Shown: positions 30,823 to 39,665 of the stretch, in pieces
How the letters are laid out: each line of letters begins with the position of its first letter
Position numbering within the stretch: the stretch's first letter is position 1
From: Alphaproteobacteria bacterium
GTDB lineage: Bacteria > Pseudomonadota > Alphaproteobacteria > Paracaedibacterales > CAITNM01
Direction: 5' to 3'
DNA: 64,000 bases
NCBI GenBank assembly: GCA_947478955.1
Contig: CANJXJ010000001.1
Location: forward strand, 53,746-117,745
Notes under the pieces: model-generated
Databases searched by the model: none
Seen by the model: only the letters and a program-made list of their open reading frames with translations
Told to the model about the DNA's origin: nothing
Program-made: the position numbers and the translations under genes

Positions 30823-32472
30823 TTACATATACATATGGCGTATACTTTCTGGCAATTCTGCCGTTGGTTCTTTGTTATCTTTGACGAATTGATCAATAGC
30901 AGGTGCTATGTCCTTTAAGGTTACAGTTAAAATTTTGTCTCCCTCAGCTGTCATTAGGTCCATTGCTTGGCTATAAAATGGTTGCAAAGCAGCACTAAGA
31001 ATTGTAGTTAAGCTTCGCACTCCAAGATTTATATCTATGCTTATCTTAGCGAGGCGCCTTAAAGCAGCATCTTTAATAGCAAGATCGACCCCATAAAAAA
31101 GTTTAAATTCATTTTGAATTTTTTTGAAAGGTGATCCTTCACGGCTAATAACATTCATCATGGTCTCTATCGTGTGTCCTTTAAAAGGAATAATTGTAGA
31201 AAAACGTCCAACGAATTCAGGTTCAAAGCCCGCGCTTATAATATCTTGGTGGGTGCGAGCCGTAGTTGTACGTTCGTCGTCTGTGTCATGGCGCCCTTTC
31301 AATTTAGAAAATGCCCCTGTGCCAATTACCCACCAATTTTTAAGGCTATATGTCCGTCCTTTTAAGGAAACATTTCCGCCATCTAGAGGCGTTAATAATA
31401 AACGCTGGACGGCTTTACCAAAATTTCTTGATTCCTCATCTGCGGATGATCCAAGCTTATCCAGTTCATCTAGAGCAACAATGGCAGAAATGGGATTGCC
31501 GTGTTCTTCACAAAAAGCAGCGACAGCTTCGCTAAAATTTTGCCCTTTAAAACCTTCATCAGTTAGGCTTCGTGCGTTAACATGCAGAATGGGGATATCC
31601 CTCAAGAAGAGTCCTAATTGCTTAAGACTTTCGCTCTTCCCGCAGCCGGTGGGCCCTGTTAATATGCAATGCGGCGGGCTACTAGCTGCTGCCATGCCAC
31701 TTTCTAGTAATAGTTTATTACATACAAACCGGTGTGTTAACAAACTGAGTATTCTTAGTGCTTCGTCTTGTCCCGCAATAAATCTGTCCAAATGGGCGAT
31801 GATAACTGGTGCTGGAATAGAACGTTTTGCAATTGGATCAGAATGGTCTATTACGGTTCCCAAACTGGCTAAGGTATGGTTGTCATCTAGATCTAGCGGT
31901 GGTGGTAGTGGCCTTCTCTCACTTCTAAAAGGTGGCCTGGTCCGTGATGCTGAACCAAGCATAATAGTAAATGAAGTTGGGGGGAGCACAGATGCCGCTA
32001 AGTTTGATAATGGAGGCATCACAGGCATGGGTGGTAAACTTAAGGATGAAACAGGAAAAGTTATAATTGAAGACAAAGTAGGGGTAATTGCAAGGTCAGG
32101 AAATGATGGATCTACTATATTAGCAATCGCAAGTCTTACCATTTTTTTTCTGTTGCCTGGGAGCGATTGCCCCAGAATTCTTTCACGTATACTTTCTAGT
32201 GTTGGTGCGTCTGTTAAGGATTTTTGGAAGGTCAAAATAGCATCTCTCCACGGGCCAATTTTTCCATTACTTGCGCTTAAGAAATTTAGGGTTTGCATTA
32301 GCTTGTTAAAGGGATCTACTGCAGATAAAGAAGCAGAACTGGCTCTTGGTGGTCGCAAGGAATCATCCGTCGGCACAGCAGTTGGGGGCATGGCTCCGTC
32401 ATCCATTGCTATAATGGCTGATGACACAAAAACTAGATTAGTGATTATTATTTTAAGGCGGGTAGTCAGCAT
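30823..32472 (-). CDS. ClpX-family AAA+ ATPase with a non-canonical hydrophobic, Pro-rich N-terminal half
   Basis: The C-terminal ~325 aa are collinear with ClpX. Blocks: LDRFIAGQDEAL, Walker A GPTGCGKS, LTDEGFKGQNF (pore-loop position), Walker B ALDELDKL, EPEFVGRF, LGVRSL. N-terminal aa 1-220 have a hydrophobic start (IIITNLVFVSSAIIA) and Pro/Ser/Leu-rich sequence with no Cys cluster. Confidence 0.7.
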   Translation of the reverse strand: MLTTRLKIIITNLVFVSSAIIAMDDGAMPPTAVPTDDSLRPPRASSASLSAVDPFNKLMQTLNFLSASNGKIGPWRDAILTFQKSLTDAPTLESIRERILGQSLPGNRKKMVRLAIANIVDPSFPDLAITPTLSSIITFPVSSLSLPPMPVMPPLSNLAASVLPPTSFTIMLGSASRTRPPFRSERRPLPPPLDLDDNHTLASLGTVIDHSDPIAKRSIPAPVIIAHLDRFIAGQDEALRILSLLTHRFVCNKLLLESGMAAASSPPHCILTGPTGCGKSESLKQLGLFLRDIPILHVNARSLTDEGFKGQNFSEAVAAFCEEHGNPISAIVALDELDKLGSSADEESRNFGKAVQRLLLTPLDGGNVSLKGRTYSLKNWWVIGTGAFSKLKGRHDTDDERTTTARTHQDIISAGFEPEFVGRFSTIIPFKGHTIETMMNVISREGSPFKKIQNEFKLFYGVDLAIKDAALRRLAKISIDINLGVRSLTTILSAALQPFYSQAMDLMTAEGDKILTVTLKDIAPAIDQFVKDNKEPTAELPESIRHMYM

Positions 32473-32722
32473 AAAGCCTCCTCAAAATAAAGGGGCTTTA
32501 GCAACACTTTTTGAGATGACTGCTTAGTACTGTTCGATAACAGATTTACCAACCATTGCTAAGAACTCTCTAAAAAAGAGAAGTCTTAAAGTCACTTTAT
32601 TTAAAATGTTTTTTACAAGTGTATTTTATAATAAAATTATTTAATGAATCATTAAAACAACAATAAATACGTTATTTTTATAATTTTTATTCTTTCAAGG
32701 GTGCTTGTTTTTAATGATGAAA

Positions 32723-32742
32723 CCCGCGGTCTGTACCGCGGG
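32723..32742 (-). terminator. Candidate intrinsic terminator downstream of the MFS gene
   Basis: Hairpin CCCGCGG-tctgta-CCGCGGG (7-bp GC stem), 52 nt past the stop. On the minus strand it is followed by TTTCATCATT, a short U tract. Confidence 0.45.
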
Positions 32743-32793
32743 ACGATTAGAGAATGAGAAATAGTAAGATTAGCGGTGTGTAAACGCTATGAA

Positions 32794-34095
32794 TTAAGCC
32801 AACTTTAGCTCTTCTTCCTTTTCATTATGATTTGCATAATGAGGTGCTGGGCTATAAAGTTTTGCCTTATGGCGATAGAACCTTGAGATAGTAGTAAAGA
32901 TGATAGCGTATACAGAAATAATGATTGCAGCCATGTACATATTGCCGCTGTAGCCTGTCATGAACGTATAGACTGATGGCATGAATCCGCCCGATATCGC
33001 GATTCCGATGGAGAAGCTAACGGCAACGCCTGTGTAGCGTGTCTCAGCTGGGAACAATACCTGCATAAACGCATGGCTTAAACCCACAAAGCTGCCTACG
33101 TACAGTCCTACACCATATTGCCCTAGGCCAACGAGCACTAGATCTTTTGACTGAAGCAAATAAAAGCTGAAGTAAGAAAGGGTACAACATAAGAAACAAG
33201 ATAAATATACTGATTTTCGCATGGTGATTTTATCGCTCAGCCAACCAAAAAACGTACAGCCTGAGGTATATCCGAGTAATCCAAAGACATTCAGGAACAC
33301 AGCGGTTGACATGTCATGCCCTAAGAATTTAGTCATATAGACATTCATAAAACCAAACACGGTATAGGTCAGGGACCCTTTGAAAATACCGACCCCGATA
33401 TTCATTAAAAATGCAGCTTTATGTTTTTGAAAAATAACTTTCATTGGGCTTTTTTGTTGTTTTTTCTTTTCTGCAATATGAAGGAACGCGTCGGTTTCTT
33501 TTGCATTTTTACGAAGCACAAAACCCATGAAGCTTACCAAGGCGCCAATGAGAAATGGAACCCTCCATGCCCAGTCTGGCATGCCAGGGCGTAACATGAG
33601 TGATCCGGCAAAACTTGCAAACACGGCGCCTACCATGCATGATCCGGCAATAATGCCGCTGATTAAACCCACCTGTTTGGCTTTTCCATGCTCAATAGCA
33701 AAGATCGCAGCCCCGTTATATTCACCACCCGTTGAAAGCCCTTGTACCATACGGCATAATACCAAAATAATAGGAGCAGCTATGCCTATGGTGTTATATC
33801 CGGGCAAAAGGGAGATGATTAATGTAGGGAACCCCATTAACATAACGGAATAAGTGAGAGCAACTTTGCGCCCAAAGGTGTCACCGACCAAGCCAAAAAC
33901 ATAAGCGCCTAGGGGCCGCGTAAAAAAAGCTGCAGAAAACGCAAATATACTTGCAAAAAGCGCTATCGTAGGAGACGTGTTAGGAAAAAAAACTTCAGAA
34001 ATTTTAGCAATAAAGACGCCACAAATAACAAAATCATAAAACTCAAGTGCGTTTCCTAGGGCACTGGTTCCAATCATTTTCCATGAATGTTTCAT
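32794..34095 (-). CDS. MFS metabolite:H+ symporter (ProP-like proline/betaine transporter family)
   Basis: 433 aa with 12 predicted TM segments. Blocks: NALEFYDF, RPLGAYVFGLVGDTFGRK (MFS motif A), GLSTGGEY. Confidence 0.75.
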   Translation of the reverse strand: MKHSWKMIGTSALGNALEFYDFVICGVFIAKISEVFFPNTSPTIALFASIFAFSAAFFTRPLGAYVFGLVGDTFGRKVALTYSVMLMGFPTLIISLLPGYNTIGIAAPIILVLCRMVQGLSTGGEYNGAAIFAIEHGKAKQVGLISGIIAGSCMVGAVFASFAGSLMLRPGMPDWAWRVPFLIGALVSFMGFVLRKNAKETDAFLHIAEKKKQQKSPMKVIFQKHKAAFLMNIGVGIFKGSLTYTVFGFMNVYMTKFLGHDMSTAVFLNVFGLLGYTSGCTFFGWLSDKITMRKSVYLSCFLCCTLSYFSFYLLQSKDLVLVGLGQYGVGLYVGSFVGLSHAFMQVLFPAETRYTGVAVSFSIGIAISGGFMPSVYTFMTGYSGNMYMAAIIISVYAIIFTTISRFYRHKAKLYSPAPHYANHNEKEEELKLA

Positions 34096-34181
34096 TGTTT
34101 GAACGCAAATTTAACTTTAGGTTTACCATTTTCTTCAAATTTTTAAGAAAAACAAGCTTTTTTATTTTTTGAAAGTGTGCT

Positions 34182-34856
34182 TTAGAGCATTTTTTGAAAG
34201 ATACTTGCGCTCAAACAAACGATAGCTGCCGTTTCTGCACGCAAAATATTTTTTCCCAGAGAAATTGGCTGGGTACATTTTTTAAGTAGCAGCTGTTCCT
34301 GGGGTGACCATCCGCCTTCGGGACCAATAATAAACCCGGTAGGGAATTGAATATCTATAGTATCCCTATCTGACCTTTCTAAAGCTGCGTACCAATGAAT
34401 ATCCTTTGGCAAGTTATTTAAGAAACCTGTTAGCGGCAAAGGATTATGAACCGTTGGGATATCAAGCCGTTCACATTGTTGTGCAGCTTCCTGAGCATTT
34501 TTAGCGAGACGATCAATATTAATTCGGTGACTATTAGTACGCTCGCTTAGGATGGGTTGAAAGTCAGTTACGCCAAGTTCGGTTGCTTTTTCGATTAAAA
34601 AGCCCATAGGGTCATGTTTGATGGGGGCAAATGCTAACCAGCTGGGCTTAATTAGTAAGGGCAGGCGCATGTGTTTAGTGCATCTGTATAGCGGTTTATC
34701 AAAGGTAACTTTCCATTCCCCATCTAGCCCATTAAACCCAAAGAAATGTTCCCCCGCTTCAAGCCGTAAGACCTTTTCCAGGTAATGGCGTTGGTCCTTG
34801 GTTAGCTCAATAATTTGCCCTGTATTTAAGGTCTGGGTAAGGTATAATCGTGTCAT
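34182..34856 (-). CDS. rsmE: 16S rRNA (uracil1498-N3)-methyltransferase
   Basis: MTRLYL...H.YLEKVLRLEAGE...FNG at the N-terminus. C-terminal SPOUT knot blocks: FIIGPEGGWSPQE, ISLGKNILRAETAA. Start chosen at the MTRLY Met; the ORF is open to 34898. Confidence 0.8.
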   Translation of the reverse strand: MTRLYLTQTLNTGQIIELTKDQRHYLEKVLRLEAGEHFFGFNGLDGEWKVTFDKPLYRCTKHMRLPLLIKPSWLAFAPIKHDPMGFLIEKATELGVTDFQPILSERTNSHRINIDRLAKNAQEAAQQCERLDIPTVHNPLPLTGFLNNLPKDIHWYAALERSDRDTIDIQFPTGFIIGPEGGWSPQEQLLLKKCTQPISLGKNILRAETAAIVCLSASIFQKML

Positions 34857-35712
34857 GTTTTTAAAATTCTTTAGCCCTATACAGCTTTTACCATACATTC
34901 ACCTTGCACGCCTACATAAACCCATTGGCATTTGGTTGCTGCTGTGGCCATGCTTTTGCGGTCTTGCTATTGGTCATGGTGGAATTTTAGATTATCTAGT
35001 GTTTTTCATTGGAGCGGTAGCTATGCGTAGCGCTGGTTGTATTATTAATGATCTTGCTGATAAAAGCTTGGATGCTAAAGTTGAGCGTACAAAATTAAGG
35101 CCCTTGGCAGCTACCACACTAACAACCAATCAAGCGCTTATTGCACTGGCAGTGTTTCTGAGTCTTGGGGGTGTGGTATGGATGTTTCTTAGCCAAACAG
35201 CTCAATATATAAGCATTATTGCAGCATGCATGATGGTAATTTATCCATTCATGAAACGTATAACCTATTGGCCTCAGTTATTTTTAGGGTTCACCTTTAA
35301 TATTGGGTTGCTGATTGCGATTGCCCATGTTGCAACTTTTACATTCTCTTGGCAGCTTCTCTGCTTGTTTTTAAGTTTGATTTTGTGGACAGTTTTTTAC
35401 GACACAATTTATGCTTTTGCGGACATTCGTGATGATTTAAAGGCAAATAGTAAATCGACGGCTATGGTGATGAGCCGAAGTCCTAAAACCTGCTTAACCT
35501 TAATTAATGTATTCACTCATGTTTTGTTATTTTTATCTTTTGGACTTAATGGGGTTATCCCCGTACTGATTGGGGTATTTTTTCTTCAAACACTTTTAAG
35601 TATGTGGAATCCACAGGACCCTGAAGATTGTATAAAAATTTTTAAACACTGCCATTTTTGGGGCTTAATAGAATGGGCTTGGCTCTTGCTTATAAGGATC
35701 ATCTCCCCATAA
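34855..35712 (+). CDS. ubiA: 4-hydroxybenzoate polyprenyltransferase
   Basis: Blocks: ARLHKPIGIWLLLWP, RSAGCIINDLADKSLDAKVERTK.RPLA (first Asp-rich motif), YDTIYAFADIRDD (second motif). The start is at 34855 at the latest, because the conserved N-terminus begins there. Confidence 0.85.
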   Translation: MFLKFFSPIQLLPYIHLARLHKPIGIWLLLWPCFCGLAIGHGGILDYLVFFIGAVAMRSAGCIINDLADKSLDAKVERTKLRPLAATTLTTNQALIALAVFLSLGGVVWMFLSQTAQYISIIAACMMVIYPFMKRITYWPQLFLGFTFNIGLLIAIAHVATFTFSWQLLCLFLSLILWTVFYDTIYAFADIRDDLKANSKSTAMVMSRSPKTCLTLINVFTHVLLFLSFGLNGVIPVLIGVFFLQTLLSMWNPQDPEDCIKIFKHCHFWGLIEWAWLLLIRIISP

Positions 35713-36906
35713 AACTTTATTTTTTTCTTGCTGTTCTTCAATCCAGACGGGGGAATAGACTATGTGTACTGCTATTAGCTTTTCTAAAGGTCTAGCTTCA
35801 GTCTCACCTGTATCAATGATTTCTTTTACGGCATCTTTATCAAGGTCTAATAGCCAACAGGCAAATTTTCCAGCCTTTTCAAGGCGTATACATCCTGATG
35901 ACAACGCACGGGAAGCCTCTCTAAACGCTTTTGGTTGAGAAGTGTCATGCATGTAAACGGCTTCGTTGTTTTGTAAATTGAATTTCACCAAACCAAGAGC
36001 ATTTTTTTTACCGGGTTTTTGTTTAAAGACATAAGGAAAATCATGAACATCAACTTCACTCCAGTCTACAGTGCTGGGATCAATATCATTTCCATCATGG
36101 TCTTGAACTTCTATGTTACTTGTTTCGAAAAAATTGGGATCATTTTGAATTTTAGGAAGATGGTCTTGGGAAAGGATTGTTTCTGGTACAACCCAAGCTG
36201 GATTAAATTCTAATCCGTTAATATAGCTTGTCATTAAGGGAGTAGGACGCCCGCGGTTTCCAACAACAGCTTTCATGCGCATTACAAGTTTTTGATTTTC
36301 ATAGGCATACATTGTATAAGTGGGGACATTTACAACGACCGTGCGATCGGTAAACACTAACTTTTGGAGTTCTGAAATGCTTGAATTAACCATGGTTAAA
36401 CGTTTTTCGTAAGTCCAATTAATTCTAGCCTTTGTTTCATCGCCAATAATTCCATCAGCCTTTAGACAATGCCCCACTTGAAAAGCTTTAATAGCTTTTT
36501 CTAACTCCGCATCAAAAAATGGAGAATCCGTGGCTTTTTCAAGATAGCCTAAAGACTGTAGAATTTGACGTAAAGCCGGGATGTTATTGGTGTCTTTATC
36601 ACTTGGCCGTAAGGAACGGCTAGGCGCAAACTCTGGCAGAGTTTCATCTTTTTTTTCCTTTAAAACACTTTGTAATTTTTGCAAAAGCTCAAGAGTTTTT
36701 ATATTGTTTTGGGAAGCGGGTGGAGTATCTGCGGCGGGGCCGCTTGCAGCAGTAGCAACTAGAGCTGTTGAAACAAAAGGTTTTTTATTGAGTGCAGCCG
36801 TGGCTTTGTTATCTCTACACGTTGAGTCACAAACATCATTACTCGCTTTTTTGGCTTGCTTAGCTTGCAGGGTGACAATCATTAATAGCAAAAGAATATA
36901 TTTCAT
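35665..36906 (-). CDS. L,D-transpeptidase (YkuD family) with peptidoglycan-binding domain
   Basis: Signal peptide. PG-binding-like LRQILQSLGYL...AIKAFQVGHCLKADGIIG. Catalytic YMHDTSQPKAFREASRALSSGCIRL (His ... Ser-x-Gly-Cys). Confidence 0.8.
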   Translation of the reverse strand: MKYILLLLMIVTLQAKQAKKASNDVCDSTCRDNKATAALNKKPFVSTALVATAASGPAADTPPASQNNIKTLELLQKLQSVLKEKKDETLPEFAPSRSLRPSDKDTNNIPALRQILQSLGYLEKATDSPFFDAELEKAIKAFQVGHCLKADGIIGDETKARINWTYEKRLTMVNSSISELQKLVFTDRTVVVNVPTYTMYAYENQKLVMRMKAVVGNRGRPTPLMTSYINGLEFNPAWVVPETILSQDHLPKIQNDPNFFETSNIEVQDHDGNDIDPSTVDWSEVDVHDFPYVFKQKPGKKNALGLVKFNLQNNEAVYMHDTSQPKAFREASRALSSGCIRLEKAGKFACWLLDLDKDAVKEIIDTGETEARPLEKLIAVHIVYSPVWIEEQQEKNKVLWGDDPYKQEPSPFY

Positions 36907-37049
36907 AGGACTTTGTTTCCCCTTATCTCCTTCTATTAGAAAACATAAGTGGTTAACAAATGATTAATAAATTCCAAATTTAAAGGAAGACCTTGATTTG
37001 TAATACGCCAACAAGCTAGCCTATACATGGTCAATAAAAATGTAGTTTC

Positions 37050-39665
37050 ATGTCCGTGGTATCAGTTAAAAAAACATTACAAGTTGGTAATAAAAATTAT
37101 ACCTATTATGCTATTGATACTATAGGTGATACCTTCGCACTGCCGTTTTCTTTAAAAATCCTGCTTGAAAACCTGTTGCGTCATTTTGATGGAAAAAGGG
37201 TTAAGCAAACAGACCTAGACGCCATTATTAATTCTATTAAGCCTGGTGCAACATTATCAGAAATTTCATTTTTCCCATCCCGGGTACTCATGCAAGATTT
37301 TACAGGAGTTCCAGCCGTTGTTGATTTGGCAGCTATGCGTGATGCAATGGCAAAAAAGGGTGGTAACACGGATAAAGTTAATCCTTTAATTCCTGTAGAT
37401 TTGGTTATTGATCATTCGGTAATGGTTGATCAATCTGGTACAAAATCTGCCTTTGAAGAAAATGTTAAATTAGAATACCAACGTAACATAGAGCGATACC
37501 GTTTCTTAAAATGGGGTCAAAAAGCCTTTAAGAACTTTCGGGTTGTGCCCCCAGGGACAGGAATTTGCCATCAGGTAAATTTAGAATACTTGGCTAAAGT
37601 CGTATGGACCGCCGAAGAGAATGGCCAAACCATTGCTTACCCTGACACCGTAGTTGGTTCTGATAGCCACACCACAATGATTAATGGTTTAGGTATATTA
37701 GGTTGGGGCGTTGGGGGAATTGAAGCCGAAGCGGCAATGCTTGGGCAACCACAAACTATGCTCATTCCAGAGGTGGTTGGCATGCGTTTAGATGGCGCTT
37801 TAAACGAAGGAATAACTGCTACCGATTTAGTGTTAACAATTACCAACATGCTGCGGTCAAAAGGCGTGGTTGGGAAATTTGTTGAATTTTATGGGCCTGG
37901 TTTAAAGTGGTTATCATTAGCTGACCGGGCGACCATTGCAAATATGGCGCCAGAGTATGGCGCTACTTGTGGGTTCTTTCCCATAGATGTAGAAACGATT
38001 AATTATCTAACACTTACAAACCGGGACGCTGATCAAATAGCGTTGGTTGAGAGTTATGCAAAAGCTCAAGGGCTATGGAATGATGGAGTCGAACCTAAAT
38101 TTAAAGATACAATTGAACTGGATCTTACAACCATTTTGCCAAGCTTGGCGGGTCCGAAACGCCCGCAGGATAAAATCTTTTTAAAAGATTTAAAAACAGC
38201 TGCCCTTAGTTTTGTTGCCCCATCGAGTAGTGTGCCGGTTGCAGGAAGAGACTTTAGCTTGAGCCATCATGATGTAGTAATTGCTGCAATTACTAGCTGT
38301 ACAAATACGTCAAATCCTTCGGTAATGATTGGTGCAGGGCTTTTGGCTAGACGTGCTAAGCAACTGGGATTAAAAGCAAAACCTTGGGTTAAAACCAGCT
38401 TGGCTCCTGGCTCACAAGTCGTAACCGAATATTTGGAACGAAGCGGTCTTATTGAAGACCTTGAAAGTGTAGGATTTCACGTGGTTGGCTATGGCTGTAC
38501 AACCTGCATTGGTAATTCGGGTCCTTTGGACCCAGCTATTACCCAAGCTATTGATAAGAATGACTTAACTGTTTCAGGAGTGCTTTCTGGAAATAGAAAT
38601 TTTGAAGGACGCATCAATCCGTACGTGAAAGCAAATTATCTGGCATCTCCACCATTGGTTGTAGCTTTTGCCTTAGCTGGCACAACCGCCATTAATCTTG
38701 ATGCAGAACCCATAGGACGTGGTGCTAATGGGCAAGATGTTTATCTGAAAGATATCTGGCCAACCACCCAAGAAATTAATGATGTGATCAAAAAGGTCAT
38801 GACCCCTGAAATATTTCAAATGCGGTATAGCACAGTGTTCGATGGGGACTCTTTCTGGAAAACTGTGGAAGCTGCGTCATCTCAGACTTATGCTTGGGAT
38901 GATAGTACCTACATTAAGCATCCACCCTATTTTGAAATGAAAACAAGCAAGCCTGCAGACATAGACAATGCGAGAATTTTAGCGTTGCTAGGTGATACTG
39001 TGACAACGGATCATATTTCACCAGCCGGAAGCATTAAAGCAAATAGCCCAGCGGGAACGTATTTATCATCCAAAGCAGTATCTCTGGAAGATTTTAACTC
39101 CTATGGTGCTCGTCGTGGTAACCACGAAGTTATGATGCGAGGAACATTCGCTAATATTCGTTTACAAAATGAAATGGTGCCTGGAGTTAGCGGAGGATAT
39201 ACACGATTGTTTGAAGGAACAAATGACCAACAAATGAGCATTTACGATGCCTCCATGGCATATATCAAAAATGATGTGCCTTTGGTTATTATTGCCGGGC
39301 GGGAATATGGCACAGGATCATCGCGAGATTGGGCTGCAAAAGGCACGCGGTTGCTTGGTGTTAAAGCGGTAATTGCGGAGAGCTTTGAACGTATTCACCG
39401 GTCTAATTTAGTTGGTATGGGAGTGCTGCCTTTGGAATTTATGCCAGGCACAACACGTAAAACTTTAAATTTAAACGGATCTGAACAGGTCGATATTCAG
39501 GGTCTTTCTAAGCACTTTCATCCTAAAATGGTAGCGAACATAATCTTTAAGGGGACAACAGAACAAGAGGTGCCTGTTTTAGTAAGAATTGATACAGAAG
39601 ATGAAATACAGTACTTTTTAGATGGTGGTATCTTACCTTTCGTGCTCAATATGTTGGCGGCTTAA
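37050..39665 (+). CDS. acnA: Aconitate hydratase A
   Basis: 871 aa, AcnA/IRP family. Blocks: RVLMQDFTGVPAVVDLA, GSDSHTTM, ITSCTNTSNP, GCTTCIGNSG, SGNRNFEGR, GREYGTGSSRDWAAKG. Confidence 0.95.
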   Translation: MSVVSVKKTLQVGNKNYTYYAIDTIGDTFALPFSLKILLENLLRHFDGKRVKQTDLDAIINSIKPGATLSEISFFPSRVLMQDFTGVPAVVDLAAMRDAMAKKGGNTDKVNPLIPVDLVIDHSVMVDQSGTKSAFEENVKLEYQRNIERYRFLKWGQKAFKNFRVVPPGTGICHQVNLEYLAKVVWTAEENGQTIAYPDTVVGSDSHTTMINGLGILGWGVGGIEAEAAMLGQPQTMLIPEVVGMRLDGALNEGITATDLVLTITNMLRSKGVVGKFVEFYGPGLKWLSLADRATIANMAPEYGATCGFFPIDVETINYLTLTNRDADQIALVESYAKAQGLWNDGVEPKFKDTIELDLTTILPSLAGPKRPQDKIFLKDLKTAALSFVAPSSSVPVAGRDFSLSHHDVVIAAITSCTNTSNPSVMIGAGLLARRAKQLGLKAKPWVKTSLAPGSQVVTEYLERSGLIEDLESVGFHVVGYGCTTCIGNSGPLDPAITQAIDKNDLTVSGVLSGNRNFEGRINPYVKANYLASPPLVVAFALAGTTAINLDAEPIGRGANGQDVYLKDIWPTTQEINDVIKKVMTPEIFQMRYSTVFDGDSFWKTVEAASSQTYAWDDSTYIKHPPYFEMKTSKPADIDNARILALLGDTVTTDHISPAGSIKANSPAGTYLSSKAVSLEDFNSYGARRGNHEVMMRGTFANIRLQNEMVPGVSGGYTRLFEGTNDQQMSIYDASMAYIKNDVPLVIIAGREYGTGSSRDWAAKGTRLLGVKAVIAESFERIHRSNLVGMGVLPLEFMPGTTRKTLNLNGSEQVDIQGLSKHFHPKMVANIIFKGTTEQEVPVLVRIDTEDEIQYFLDGGILPFVLNMLAA

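Noticed and set aside
31124-32527. 467-aa stop-free ORF antisense to the ClpX-like gene, extending 55 nt beyond its start. A stop-free frame this long is rare in an AT-rich genome.
   Set aside because: Its translation is Ser/Leu/Arg/Gly-rich with no recognisable motif, which is typical of a shadow frame. The opposite strand carries collinear ClpX motifs (Walker A/B, EPEFVGRF, LGVRSL). It most likely results from the locally higher G+C and the codon choice of the real gene. Dual coding cannot be excluded without conservation or ribosome-profiling data.
32473-32793. 320-bp very AT-rich ORF-free spacer, examined for sRNA, tmRNA, riboswitch or repeat structure.
   Set aside because: I could see only one convincing hairpin (32723-32742, the terminator of the MFS gene). 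The rest looks like a curved AT-rich promoter region for the ClpX-like gene. There are no tandem repeats.
36581-36967. 128-aa + strand ORF.
   Set aside because: It is antisense to the 5' part of the L,D-transpeptidase gene. Its composition is a shadow-frame artefact.
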